A stretch of DNA of 59,707 nt, counting the filler, from Asterionella formosa (lineage: Eukaryota): NCBI GenBank assembly GCA_002256025.1. It is 8 parts of 8 records of this genome, joined end to end, with 100 filler letters (N's around TTAATTAATTAA, not from the genome) between each part and the next. Parts side by side here need not be neighbours in the genome. Positions count along the whole stretch, not along the records: positions 29,965 to 37,338 come from NKIB01012464.1; positions 37,439 to 44,798 come from NKIB01012465.1; positions 44,899 to 52,255 come from NKIB01012466.1; 5 more parts are not named here. One strand, written 5' to 3'. The position numbers were made by a program, and so were the translations under genes. Below, one piece after another: positions 36,747 through 49,236 of the stretch. Positions within the stretch are counted from its first letter, which is position 1, and the number at the start of each line of letters is the position of its first letter. Below the pieces are notes generated by a model that saw only the letters and a program-made list of their open reading frames with translations, was not told where the DNA came from and searched no databases.

Positions 36747-37338
36747 GATGTTGATGATTTAATGCTGTCTTGTCGGTGTTGTCATGCAAGAAGCTGGGCT
36801 AAGAAGGATATCGTATCAATGGATGGATGGGATGTGATGGAGTATCAGGAAAGGTCCCACATAATATATCCACAATTCCGCATATATATATGCAAATGAC
36901 ATGTGTACAGGAATGTAGTACCTGAAACTTCGGACCAAATCCATATACCGGTATAAATATCAAACCACTGTGTCAAAACAAACACAAGAATCAAACCAAA
37001 ACTAAAATATTGAATATTATTCAATGTTTGGGTTACTCAACAAGTTCAATTGTAGTAACATTAGCTTTGGGCAATTTGTTGAGAAAATCCAAAATCATTT
37101 TCAATGTAATTTTTCATGTTAACAAAAAGATGTAGGTAAACACTTCTTTAGTTTGCTATGACCATACATCATAATTAATTTGCTGTCTTATTAATGACGA
37201 ATCTTGCTGAGCACAGCTTGTGTGCCGACATTTGCATCCAAAGCTTCTCTGTGCCTGTTCCAGGACTCCATCCACCTCAAGGATGGGCTTTTCTTGTCAG
37301 CTTGATTCCTGGAGCACTAAATCCCCCATTTGCCAATC

Positions 37339-37438
37339 NNNNNNNNNNNNNNNNNNNNNNNNNNNNNNNNNNNNNNNNNNNNTTAATTAATTAANNNNNN
37401 NNNNNNNNNNNNNNNNNNNNNNNNNNNNNNNNNNNNNN
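37339..37438. other. Artificial contig-joining linker
   Basis: N44-TTAATTAATTAA-N44. Confidence 0.99.
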
Positions 37439-38130
37439 ACAGTCTCAAGTTGTTGTCACTTTGCAGAAAAAGTTGCATTTGTTGTGAATGCCATGTTTGC
37501 ACAATGCGAATGGGAATGAAGCTCCAAGAAGCATTGGAAGAGTTGACTTTTTTGATTGAAACAATTGTCAATGTCTTTGTTCGGTCATTTTTCTCTTGGG
37601 AATATTCAGTCAAATGACAATGAATTTTTAAAAAGCTTCGCCCAAGAAGCATCATATGGCTATGGCTAGCCCATGTAGAGGCAAGGATACCTCCACTATT
37701 AATGACAGTGAATCCAACATTCTTGTAATGTCACCAAAATAAAATCATTCTACTGATCGTACAGCTTCTTATTCAAGATGAATGCATTCCGGTTGGTAAT
37801 TATTGGTAGGGAATTTCACTGTTTCAACTTAAAGATCAGGTAAACCATTTTCTCGAATTAATGTCAACTCGCCGGCTCTGCTATTAGGTAAGACAATTAA
37901 CTGCCTCGCTGTGAGAGTCCAAATCAGGTTCAGTCACCAACACATATGCATTCGAATACAATATTGAAATCGGATGTGGTAAGTCATTACATGATGTTGA
38001 GCAGCGGTGACTTTATCGATACCAAGGCAGTGATTGCTGGTGCTCGATATCCATCATTGCTTGCTACAAACAGGAACAAGAAACGAAAAACAAGAAAATT
38101 CAAAAATATACACACATCGTAAAGATCCAA

Positions 38131-38936
38131 TTAATCGGTACCTGGCTTGCTCAGAATGATTGAGAGAATAATGGACCAGAGAAAGAATACAGAATTGACA
38201 TAGAGAACCCTTAATCGAGGTGGTACAAATGCAAAGTTAATGACCGTTGCAGGTGTCCATAGTGTCCCTGTGAATCCAATATTATGTGAGTCTAGAATGA
38301 CTTCCAGTGTTGATCTGTGAGCATTTGAGTCGAACACTTACAGTTTGAAAGCAGGGATCTAAAGTAGTCGTGATCCACTTGTTCCTTTATTTCATGTAGT
38401 GATTTTCCTTCCAGAGTTCCCAAAAAGTAAATCGCAACCATGAGAAAGACAGGAGCCTGAATCAGCTGATCAATCAAAACCTTCAAAGCGTTTGAGAAGC
38501 TCCAAGGATTCGAAGTTGGCGGCCAAAGTCCGTCCAAGCACGAATAATAGAAGTGAGAAAATGGTGCCTGCAGAACCAGCCCAAAAAAGGAGAATCTCAA
38601 CACACGAGCCAAATCAATTGAATCATGATCTATTTCGTTCCAATATTCCAAAATTTGCCCAGCCAGGTCGCCAGATCCCAAAATTATAGAGGCAGTAATG
38701 CTTTTAACAAGGAGTGGCCTCTTTTGCAGTACACTACTGTAGGAAATCCACAAATAGACAGCGGACGCAGTAATTCTTGATGACGGCCTTATCTCGTCCG
38801 GTTGAAATTCTGTGTCAATAGACAAATGCCTACCAGTGCTTGTTACTTTCCCCTCGCCGTGCTGCTTTGCAGGTAGCTTCTTCAACAAACCCGTCTCTTC
38901 GTCAGCAATTACTTCATCTTTGACGATTTCATTCAT
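38131..38936 (-). CDS. Mpv17/PMP22 family membrane protein (paralog A), 2 exons; start codon uncertain
   Basis: Motifs PLLVKSITA...GDLAGQ, FG.VLQAP..HFYY..LD and KVLIDQLIQAP. Intron 38341-38268 splits the Trp codon, giving NWTLWTPATVINFAFVPPRLRVLYVN. Alternative ATG near 39014. Confidence 0.88.
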
Positions 38937-39926
38937 CTTGCTTAAGTGCTTGTGATGAGACGCTGTTACTGGGACGTTGGGATGACCTTGTAAGTCAACT
39001 CCGTAAGTGAACATGATGATGATTAAAGGAGGAGTACTCAACTGAGCGATTGTACAAAATGCCGACGTCGACAACTGCACGAACGCACAATTTATCCTAG
39101 GTGTACGTGAGTGCAGTATAATCGAAGAATTATTTTGGCTCAACCGAGCGAAGGCTCCACCCCAATTTTCCGGGTTTCCGAATTGTTTTTAACAATTCTG
39201 CAAACCATCATCATCATGTGGCATCCTGATTTGCAGCAAGCCAGTTAGCCAGCAAGCCAGCAAGCGCCCGCCGACAAAACTGGTTATCCAACTGGCACTC
39301 CAGTTTTACCTGATACTCGAACCAGGTACCAGGTAGTCCAAATGGAATAACTCTAGATATATGATGTGTATACATATGTGTTCAAATGTTCAAACAATAG
39401 CTATAGCGGTGTACGTGTAGTTCTACATTTGAATTCTTTACCAGTACAGCGGATACGTGAGACATATAATTAAATAGATCGCGCGCCTCGCTTGCTTGAG
39501 CGACCGCACCATGCACTGAGTGGAACTGGTCGTGTGTCGTGCGATATCTTTTGGTGTAAATACGTTACGGTACTACCGGTAGACAGAGGGAGTCCCTGGT
39601 AGCAGGGTACCTGGTACCTAGCAGTAAATAGTAGGTGTACAGTAGACTACTCCGTAACTCGATTATTGTTCAATTGATGTTGTACCTAATTCACTGTCAT
39701 AGATATCGGTATCGATTGTTTAAGGTGCCAGCAATGGAAAGGAGCCTACCGTATCCTGGCAAAGACTACGGTATGTACCGCCACGAAGACCTGAAAAGGA
39801 AACTCTTGATGAACATGTAGTTATTGCATTCTTCTTTAATTTTTTAGCTAGAGGGCATGTCACACAACAACTGCGGCCACACGAAAGATTTTCTCGCGCA
39901 ACTAAATGGAGACAAACGTATGTTGA

Positions 39927-40710
39927 CTAGCGATCTACACCCTCTCCGTCTTTGTTCAGTTTCAGACTAAGGAAAATAGACCAAAAGAAGAAGACGCAAT
40001 TCAAGAACAATACTCGCAATGGTGGAGGGCAGAATGCAATGTTTACGAATGTGGCAGGAACCCAAAGCTTCCCTGCGAGTTGAGTGGCAATCACAAGTAT
40101 TGAGTGACGTAGGACAATGTGGAATCCAATAAATTCCTTCAATGGTATACTCACAATTTGCCACCATTGTATCGGTGTAGTCAGCTTCAAGTTGTCGCTT
40201 GATGTCATCCACTGACTTGCCTTCAAGAGTTCCAAGAAAACCAAAGATCAAGACAGTAAAGATGGGCGCCTGAACAAATTGGTCGATAACCACCTTAATC
40301 CCAGTTGTTGCGGTCAACGGATCTGGAGTTGGCGGCAGTGCACCATCTAACATGATATAATAAAAGTGATTCCATGGAGCCTGTAGAACAAAACCGAAAA
40401 AGGCAAACCGTGCTGCTCGCGCCCAGTCCACATCTTTGTCTAACTCCGCCATTCGATTTTCAAGCGCCTGGCCCGCGAGGTCTGCTGCTCCCAAAATCAC
40501 ACCAGCAGTGACAGATTTGGTAAGAAGAGGATCTGTTTCAAGCGCAACATTGTAAGCAGTCCACGCATTCGATAAATCTTCCACCACTTCGGGACCAAAG
40601 AGAGCGAGTTGCGATGGTGGGCGCGAGGTAATGATTTGACGATGAAGCGAGAAAGACCCAACAGGGGCGGCTAAAACGGCCAAAGTGACGCATATACCGG
40701 TGGCTTTCAT
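39927..40710 (-). CDS. Mpv17/PMP22 family membrane protein (paralog B), probably plastid-targeted, 2 exons
   Basis: MKATGICVTLAVLAAPVGS-FSL bipartite presequence; motifs PLLTKSVTAG..ADLAGQ and KVVIDQFVQAP. Intron 40154-40073 gives NWKLWVPATFVNIAFCPPPLRVLFLN. Confidence 0.9.
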
Positions 40711-40872
40711 GACTCTTCAGCTTTTTACTTCTTCTTTGCGTTGCTTCCACTGATGCTTGCAGGAGTGATGAATGTTTCGCTCGTTGTCATGGTGTCAGAG
40801 GGAGTGGTCAGAATAGTTGATTTATAGTACCAGTACCTGCGCGCTTGGTGTAGATATGTATCTGCATACCTG

Positions 40873-40948
40873 GTACCCTGGTACCAGCTCCCTGGTACCT
40901 GGTAGTACCCTGGTACCAGCTCCCTGGTACCTGGTAGTACCCTGGTAC
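40873..40948. repeat. 32-bp tandem repeat (about 2.4 copies) built of CCTGGTA(CC) units
   Basis: Unit GTACCCTGGTACCAGCTCCCTGGTACCTGGTA starts at 40873, 40905 and 40937. Confidence 0.9.
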
Positions 40949-40949
40949 A

Positions 40950-41039
40950 GCAAGTTGCGGTAATTTTGCTGAAACTAAAGATTTAGCTATCTTTATCCCA
41001 GATTAAAATGTTAGTTTAAGCAAAAAGACCGCAACTTGC
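40950..41039. mobile_element. 90-bp MITE-like element with 29-bp terminal inverted repeats
   Basis: Left end GCAAGTTGCGGTAATTTTGCTGAAACTAA versus reverse complement of right end GCAAGTTGCGGTCTTTTTGCTTAAACTAA (26/29). Related ends occur on four other contigs. Confidence 0.72.
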
Positions 41040-41315
41040 AAGGTACCAGGTACATTGTACTGATGATCATATATATATGGTCTATATATGGATCCGCAAG
41101 GCAGCAAAAGTTGCTTTGCTGGACTGATTGATGATCACAGAATTTCGACCTGGTACCAGGTACCAGGGTGTGGGTACTGCCAGGTACAGCCACTACCGCT
41201 ACTCCGATTCCTCCGAATTACATTAACCCAGTAATGCAATTCAGCTAATCCCCGATAAGACTACCGGCATACATAGTAAATAACGATACTACCGGCTCCA
41301 CTCACTCCCGTTGCA

Positions 41316-41912
41316 ATGGAAAATCAACTTCAAGAGTACGAGTGCCAGCTTGCTGATATAGAAGAATTGCTGGAGGCTTCCCCTGGCGACGAATCACTGT
41401 TGGCTCTAAAGAATGATCTTGTCGAGCTTATTTCGCTGACCAAAGCAGGTTCATCGGGCGATCCAGAACCCTTAACGCAGAATAACGATTCGCATACGAC
41501 AATATCTATAGCAGAGCAAGACGGAAACGTGGAAAGACCTGATTCTGCACAGGGTGCTAACGACGATGGAGCGACAGCGTCCGAGCAGCAGCCAGAAGCA
41601 AAAAAGAAGCTCCAGAATGTCAAAGAATTTGAAATTCCTGTTCATCTAATACCACTTGAAACCGACACTGAGGCTGAGAAGAATAAGAAGAGGAGGGCTA
41701 TCAAGGCGCTCAAGAGCAAGTGGCGTGAGAAGAAGAAGGCATTTGAATCAAGTAAGAAACAGCAAACTTGGCAGAATTTTCAGCAAAAAAAGAAACGGAA
41801 AGGTACATCTATATTTGCAACCCAGGACGGGGATAATGCGAAGACTGGAGTGATTTCTGGAGGTACCATGACCGAGTTTGGAGCTAGAAAGCGACACAAA
41901 CACCCTTCGTGA
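41316..41912 (+). CDS. SPF30/SMNDC1-like splicing factor (no recognisable Tudor domain)
   Basis: N-terminal LQEYECQLADIEELL...ESLLALKNDLVELISLT. C-terminal KKKRRAIKALK...KQQTWQNFQQK...SIFATQDG..KTGV.SGG.MTEF..RKRH. Confidence 0.75.
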   Translation: MENQLQEYECQLADIEELLEASPGDESLLALKNDLVELISLTKAGSSGDPEPLTQNNDSHTTISIAEQDGNVERPDSAQGANDDGATASEQQPEAKKKLQNVKEFEIPVHLIPLETDTEAEKNKKRRAIKALKSKWREKKKAFESSKKQQTWQNFQQKKKRKGTSIFATQDGDNAKTGVISGGTMTEFGARKRHKHPS

Positions 41913-42219
41913 ATTAGGCTATTCGGCACTAAGGTTCGTTGAGACCTTCAATTCATTTAAAAGCTTGTCATGACGGAAATTTGAAGGCCAGTATGTCGGA
42001 GTCACGTAGACGGAATCGTGTCTCACAGCCACTTATCACTATGGAAAGGCCTAAGGTCGACTCATACGACATCAGAAGTGGAAAGGAAAGCACTTGGGGA
42101 AATCGGATATAATTTTTTAAATGGCCTTCCAGTAAACGGGGTCGATTAGTTTTTTACTCATTTTAGATTGTTACGAATTTGAACCATGTTCCCATCATCA
42201 ATATGTTAAAGTAATTTCT

Positions 42220-44504
42220 TTAATAGAATTTCGTCGCCTTAAATCGTAAGACTGCCATTGCCATGATGCGAAGGGCAGCAAATAGGCAACACAACACAAG
42301 CCAGTACCACCACGTATCATCTGGATTAGCATTCACACGCTCCAAAAGGTTTTCGCAATTAATGTCTCCTATCTCTGATCCGCAACTACGGTTAAACTCC
42401 GCAACAAGGATAAGGCGAATCGCATAAGTCAACGAGCACAAATACTGAGCCCAGCGGAGCCAAATAGGGATGAGTTCTGGGGAAACAAAGAATCCAGCAA
42501 AAAGCATTTGGGGCACAAACAAAATTGGAAGTAATTCCTGAGCTAGCTTGGGATCCTCAACAGAACAGCCAAGCAACACAGCGAGAGCTGTACTAGCCAT
42601 GGCCAGCATATAACCGATTGCAAGGAACTTAAGAAAGGGGGCCTGAAATCCAATCATGAAATAGGAAATCACAATGTTGACGAGGACTTGAAGAAAAGTG
42701 ATGAACGCCTCCATGACTAATCGCGACATAAAGTAGGAACCAACAGAGTAGTGATTGGTGGAGTACTCCCGGAGGAATACAGGTCGTTCTGTTGGGAACG
42801 CCATCAAAGAATGCTGCGCAGTTCCAAACATCATCATCAGCAATACCATAACGATAGCACCGAAATGACTATTGAGGTTCTATTGTTGGGGAAGCAAGAT
42901 GAAATTGTCAGTTCAGTTAAACGAGTATCTACATACATTGGGGGCCATCGAGGATGTGGGAAACGTACACTTTGTTCGGCCGAATTCGTCTCCCCAACAT
43001 TGAGGAAAATAACCCCAATCAGAGTGCTCAAGAAGATGGTTAAACCGAATCGTGCCGCTACAGCATTAGTATCACGGACCAAGTTTTTGGTCTCGCGGTC
43101 AAAAAGGAGTTTAATCTCTGTGAAAATGCCAACCGGTCGCATATCAAACCCTGGTTCCTTAGCATGTCCAGTTATGGTGATTCCAAGAGCATCTTTTCCT
43201 TCAATACCTTCGTGAAAGGCGGTCTCCATACCGCGCGTATCCTCTGCGAAGAAACCAGCACTTGCCAAGTCAGTCTCTGATAACACTTGGGCTACGTTCA
43301 TCATCCAATCTGCCGGGTTGTAGTTCACAGGAACGGGATGTCCACATTGGGCGAAAAAAGGAGGAACAAGCTGAGGCGACCCTTGGTACATAACCCCACC
43401 TCTACTTAGAAGAATCAAGTGATCGAAGGTGTTGAAAATCTCTGAGGCGGGTTGGTGGATGGTAAACAGCACACTGGACCCGGCATTGGCGACCTTCTTC
43501 AAAACCTGACACAACTGTACCGCAGAAAAGGAGTCCAAACCTGACGTAAAATATTACAATTAGTCGGCCACATTTTTATTTCAAGTTAGCATCCCAAATG
43601 AAACTTTCAGTCTCATATTATCCTTACCACTTGTTGGTTCATCCAAGAACACCAAAGCAGGCTTGGTGACCAACTCAACACCAACACTAGTACGCTTGCG
43701 CTGCCCACCAGAGATACCTTTGATGAGAGCACCACCAACAATAGTATCAGCACAATCTGTTAAGCCGAGCTCATTCAACATGCGTACTGTGAGTTTATCA
43801 ATCTGGTGATCGGTGGTGGATCTAGGCAGACGAAGCTTGGCAGAGAACTTAATGGCCTCCCGAGGAGTGGAAGTAACCTGAAGTGAATCATCTTGCGCAA
43901 CAAAGGCAATCTGCTTGCGCACTTCTAAATTTGTAGGATCGACAGAATAGTTATCAAGACGAATATCAGCATCAATCTTGATACGTCCGCGGGTAGCAGC
44001 GCGTCCAGCAAGAATGTTTAGGAGCGAGGTCTTTGCGGGTCGAATGATACATCGAAAACGTGATTAGCACGATGAAGAGCAGCGAAAAAGTATGCAGATT
44101 GATGGTGCACTTACTTTCCCGGCGCCACTAGGCCCCATAATAGCAGTGATCTGCTTCGGTGGCACTTCACCCCAGCTATCTTTGAGAAGCATGCGATCTT
44201 CCTCGCCCTTTTTGCCTACCTGTTGGTGTCAATGAGAAGGGAAGGGAACATCAGTGGAACCAACGACGGAGGAAATGAAGGGCTTGCTCTCAAGTTCCAT
44301 TAGAAAATACAAACGCACCAAAGTCATGTTAACATTCTTCCAAGCCAAAGTCTTCCCTTCACGAGGGGCGAAGGGATCATCTTGGGTATCAAGAACACTA
44401 ACTGCCCTGTGAATTCCCGTGGTATGGTGAGCCTTGGCAGCTTCGACGCCGGCTTCCTCGGGGGCGTCGGTGTCGGTGCACTCTATTTCGTTGGCGGGGT
44501 CCAT
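42220..44504 (-). CDS. ABCG (White-type) half-size ABC transporter, 5 exons
   Basis: Exons 44504-44319, 44219-44115, 44030-43628, 43540-42969 and 42879-42220 with in-frame GT-AG introns. Walker A GPSGAGKT, signature ISGGQRKR, Walker B FLDEPTSGLD, TIHQP, NPADW, ERPVFLREY and an ABC2 membrane domain. Confidence 0.95.
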
Positions 44505-44798
44505 CTTAAACGTTCGTCTCGAAAGCTATCGTAAATGTGTGATGTGTGATTTGTGTGCAGGACAACAGCACACATTATTCTTGATAACGAAAGGTTTAGG
44601 AAAGGAGAAGTACCGGTACAAAGAATGTAAACGTATACTCCTTGTCCGTAGAGGCTTCTGATTTGAGAAGCCGATCAATGAACGTCTTGCCTGTTCCAGG
44701 ATGCTCATCGTGTTCATTTCTGTTCTTCTCCAATTGATAGTTTCTATGACACCCATTGTTCACAAACATTCGTCATCAACACATCCATCATTTTTTTT

Positions 44799-44898
44799 NN
44801 NNNNNNNNNNNNNNNNNNNNNNNNNNNNNNNNNNNNNNNNNNTTAATTAATTAANNNNNNNNNNNNNNNNNNNNNNNNNNNNNNNNNNNNNNNNNNNN
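44799..44898. other. Artificial contig-joining linker
   Basis: N44-TTAATTAATTAA-N44. Confidence 0.99.
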
Positions 44899-45631
44899 AC
44901 TTACTACGTACTCTTCTCATCTTGACTTGATTCTTCATGACTAACTACATACGAATCTATCTCATAACTTGATTCGTCATGACTTACGTACTATTCTCAG
45001 GATTTGGGGTTAGGGTCCTCGATGACATTTGTTTCCCAAATGTCTGCCGAGCATTTCATGCTGCTATAAATGGGTACCCTTCGAAATTCAAAAATATTTT
45101 TTTTGACAGAATTAATACATCACAACTAATTTTTGCAGATAGAATGATCAAATATTGCAGTGCAGTGTGGGCGCGTGGGTGCACGTACCGTGTCATATGA
45201 GCGTAAAGATCCTACCGGTACTTCTGTATTCTCATGACTTGATTCTTCATGACTTCCTATGTACTCTTCTCATCTGGACTTGATTCTTCATGACTTACTA
45301 CGTACTCTTCTCATCTTGACTTGTTTCTTCATGACTTACTACGTACTCTTCTCATCTTGACTTGATTCTTCATGACTAACTACATACGAATCTATCTCAT
45401 AACTTGATTCGTCATGACTTACGTACTATTCTCAGGATTTGGGGTTAGGGTCCTCGATGACATTTGTTTCCCAAATGTCTGCCGAGCATTTCATGCTGCT
45501 ATAAATGGGTACCCTTCGAAATTCAAAAATATTTTTTTTGACAGAATTAATACATCACAACTAATTTTTGCAGATAGAATGAACAAATATTGCAGTGCAG
45601 TGTGGGCGCGTGGGTGCACGTACCGTGTCAT
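44899..45631. repeat. 435-bp-period direct duplication containing a 41-bp minisatellite
   Basis: 44899-45196 is repeated almost exactly at 45334-45631. The unit TGACTTGATTCTTCATGACTTACTACGTACTCTTCTCATCT is iterated about 5 times over about 45235-45435. Confidence 0.92.
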
Positions 45632-46249
45632 TTGGTTCAGTGCACTAACTAGCCTTTAGAGTGCTTTAGCGATAGTACAACGTACGAGCTAGAACAGTGA
45701 ATGCACTAGAATGATGTGGGTATATATATCTTTAAGATTATATTTTCAACCTTTATCTTTCTTTCCTTTTGCACCATGTAAGTTGTTCTGCCGACCAAGC
45801 TAGCGTATTAATTCGGTTTATCAGACCCATCCTCTCCCGATGACCACTTGAGTTATCTTTGAACCGGAGAAGAGCGTACAGTATGAGCGATTAGTAGCGT
45901 CGAATTTGAACCATCGAGGACAAGGCGTCCGGTGTCACATGTTCATAACGAATTTTTCATATTCAGTATGTAGTGTCACGTGTGCGTACCGAATTTGGAT
46001 GATGACGATCATTCGCAGGAGTCGGTGACCGTGTGCACTTGAATCCTTCCGACAAGTATCTGCAGATGACCAGCAAGCAATAGCGATTGTGGCCGGAGTT
46101 TAACTGATCACTCATTGTCGGCATTCGCGTAACTGTGCTGCCTGCACACAAGTAGTAAATCTTGGTTTCCAAATAATGGAACTGATTCTGAATATGGCTT
46201 TTGTGATTGGGATTACATTACTTGCAAGAATGGGATCAATATTACTCAT

Positions 46250-46846
46250 TTGAAACCTTCCAAGTTTCAACTTAATGGATCTCTTCTTCCTGAGATCGGA
46301 CTCTTAACAAGTCTCATGTATTTAGATTTGTCAATGAATGCTTTCAATGGCACAATTCCCACAGAGATTGGACTCTTGACAAGTCTCAATTATCTAGATT
46401 TGAGTGTCAATACCTTCACTGGTACATTTCCCACAGAGATTGGACTCTTGACAAGTCTCACACATCTATCTTTGTCCTTCAATTTTTTCACTGGCACACT
46501 TCCCACAGAGATTGGACTCTTGACAAGTCTCAATTATCTAGATTTGCCTGTCAATACCTTCACTGGTACAGTTCCCACAGATATTGGACTCTTGACAAGT
46601 CTTACACATCTGTTGTTGTATTTAAATTCTTTCACTGGTACAATTCCCACAGAGATTGGACTCTTGACAAGTCTCACAAATTTAAATTGGAGTGACAATA
46701 GTTTCAATGGAACACTTCCCACTGCGATTGGACTCTTGACAAGTCTTACAAATCTAGATTTGTCTTTCAATATTTTCACTGGCACAATTCCCACAGAGAT
46801 TGAACTTTTGACAAGTCACAAATATTTCGATCTCATTACTCTATAA
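46250..46846 (+). CDS. Plant-specific-type LRR array (8 x 24 aa); terminal exon or gene fragment
   Basis: Repeats GTIPTEIGLLTSLxxLxLSxNxF with a 72-bp nucleotide period. No ATG or signal peptide in this frame. Confidence 0.85.
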   Translation: MKPSKFQLNGSLLPEIGLLTSLMYLDLSMNAFNGTIPTEIGLLTSLNYLDLSVNTFTGTFPTEIGLLTSLTHLSLSFNFFTGTLPTEIGLLTSLNYLDLPVNTFTGTVPTDIGLLTSLTHLLLYLNSFTGTIPTEIGLLTSLTNLNWSDNSFNGTLPTAIGLLTSLTNLDLSFNIFTGTIPTEIELLTSHKYFDLITL

Positions 46847-47139
46847 AAGTGGCCAATATTTGTGATGCTAAAGTTTCAGTTTACATTACTATTAATAATT
46901 ATTAAACACGAAAACATCTATTATTCTTTTATTATTTGATCAAAATGAAGTTTGTCATATAGACAACTGATATGATCATATTATACATTTACATTTATGT
47001 AACCAGATAAATATTCTGTGAATGTTTGTTGCATTCACAAATTGAACTGCCTGCTCTTCACACTTCAATTGCAGCTTTTTTCGGTATTCTATTGACCAGC
47101 AACCTAAAAATGAACCATTTGTCATCATGCAAGTTGGGA

Positions 47140-47600
47140 ACGTCTGTGAATAGATTTTCCATTAGATCTAACATTTTACTCAGCATACGTTAAAAAAACT
47201 GATTGATTATTCAATTATTTTGATATGTTGATGATAATTTCGATATATCAACAGCAGTGTCTGTATGATTAATCAAATTTGTACGTTAGGTAACTAGCAT
47301 AAACACTTTAGGTTATGCATATATGTGAACTCTTATATATTAGTTACCAAATCTAATCGGTTAACCAAAATTGTTGATATATTGATCAAATGTTTTATTA
47401 TGTTGATGATAATTTTGATTTATCAATGACTGTGCCAGTGTGGTCAATCCATTTTTCTTCAGATTATTTTCTTACACACATCAGGTTACGCATAGATAGA
47501 AGTCATATATATTAGGTATCAAAACTAATCTTCTAATCAAATGTTTTGATACATTGATACGTTGTTTGATTGATCAATAGCTGTTGCTGTTTGAACAATT
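47140..47600. repeat. Degenerate AT-rich tandem repeat, period about 173 bp
   Basis: aggtta.gcata.at..gaa.tc.tatatattag.ta.caaa.ctaatc at 47310 and 47483; tcaa.t.tttt..ta..ttgat at about 47211, 47387 and 47537. Confidence 0.65.
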
Positions 47601-49108
47601 ATTGTTTTCTGCAAAGGTTATGACTTTGCACATATCACTTAATGTGTATGTAAACCTTGTACCTGACGATGCTATCAGAATGAATTCTGTGCAACAATTG
47701 TGCGTTCCTTGTTTCCATTCCTATTTGAATGCTCTACCGGTACATGCTTTGATCCAATTCTTGTACCAGTAATCAGTAATCGAATTTCTTACAAGCCATA
47801 TGCGTTCGTTGAATCCCTTAAGAGCTACCTTCTTGCTGGGACGATGATGATCTCAGTTTTATAATGAATGATATGGTCTCGATATTGATGGGGAATTATG
47901 CTGGCAAAGTTTGATTGTTTGTTTGTTACTCGAAATCAAGTTCTTGATTTCATTTAGGAAATAGTAGCATCACATTGGAGAGTTTCAAATGATCTCTGTA
48001 TTTTTACTTATGTTTTTGGTGCTGGTATTGATACATAAGAAAAGAAGAATTTTCTTCTGTGCACCATTATGGCCACATTTGAGAGGCATCGCCAAAATTG
48101 GGAAGCTTTTTTCCTGATGAGCCGATGGAATTAGTCATACCTGTCATTCCAAATAAAGATCACTGAAGTCATGTATTCTCCGTTTATGCATTGACACCAC
48201 AGGCGAGTGAAAACGAAATAGTTGATGCCAGTTCATCTTCTCCCAATATCATTCCAAGAAGTAAAGATCGTGTTGCTTTTATGCCCATCGTAGATCTTGT
48301 TTCTACTTTCTCAGAGCGTCTAATTGAGTCTATCGAACCTGATTGACTTGATATAAAATATCCCCCTTTCAAAGCAAAAGCAAAATGTAAATTAAAGGCA
48401 AATCCAGACATGGTTGCCAATCCGGAAAAAGCTGTCCATGACTTGTCTCCAAAGAGTTCCAAAATTGTAGGAGTTATTGAGAAAGTTTTAAAAAAAAGGT
48501 CGAGGAGGAAAGTGATTTGTCCCATTTATCCAGTAAGGATAAACCATTATTGAAATTTTTCATTATTGACATTATTTGATGAAGGAATTCATAAATATTT
48601 ATGCGAAAGAGCGAAGAGAAGTGAAGAAACACATCAATTACTTATATCGAAAAAATCGATAAAGGGAAAGGTAGCAGCTGCTGTTAGGGGATATGGTAAT
48701 GAATTGGAATGTTTCAACGATCAAATTTATAGTGTTTCACCTTCTTTTTTGCAGAAAGCATGTCCTGCCCATTCTGCGTGAATTGCCAAGTATTTGATTC
48801 AGCTTTCCGGTTCCCGCTTCTGTTGGGTCTGGAGTCACATATGCTTTACTACAATTCATACTCTTGCTCCGCCTCAGAAGTACGACAATATTGCTGGAAT
48901 GATTCTTCCCTTAAATTTTCAGAGAAGCAGTACAGGGACAATCGTATTGAACTGTCCAATTGTGCATATTGGGATATTGAAATTGTGACCGCCATTGTGA
49001 AGGTCATTGTTCATGAACTACATCCCTCAAACATTCATGTAATTGTTGACTCTCAAGACAGAAATGACTGGAATAATGAACGTCCTTATCCATCTAACAG
49101 CTTGTTCT

Positions 49109-49236
49109 CCAACCCTCCATTGAATTCCTTATTATTGTCCTGTGACTGTTTACCCTTCCAGTACCAAGTCACCCCAACCCTCCATTGAATTCCTTATTAT
49201 TGTCCTGTGACTGTTTACCCTTCCAGTACCAAGTCA
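49109..49236. repeat. Perfect 63-bp tandem duplication (period 65)
   Basis: CCAACCCTCCATTGAATTCC...CCAGTACCAAGTCA at 49109 and 49174. Confidence 0.92.

Noticed and set aside
45235..45435. CRISPR-like array
   Set aside because: The units are contiguous 41-bp tandem copies with no unique spacers, there are no cas genes, and the context is eukaryotic.
44979..45659. Duplicated 73/81-aa ORFs MTYVLFSGFG...
   Set aside because: By-product of the 435-bp duplication; no coding features.
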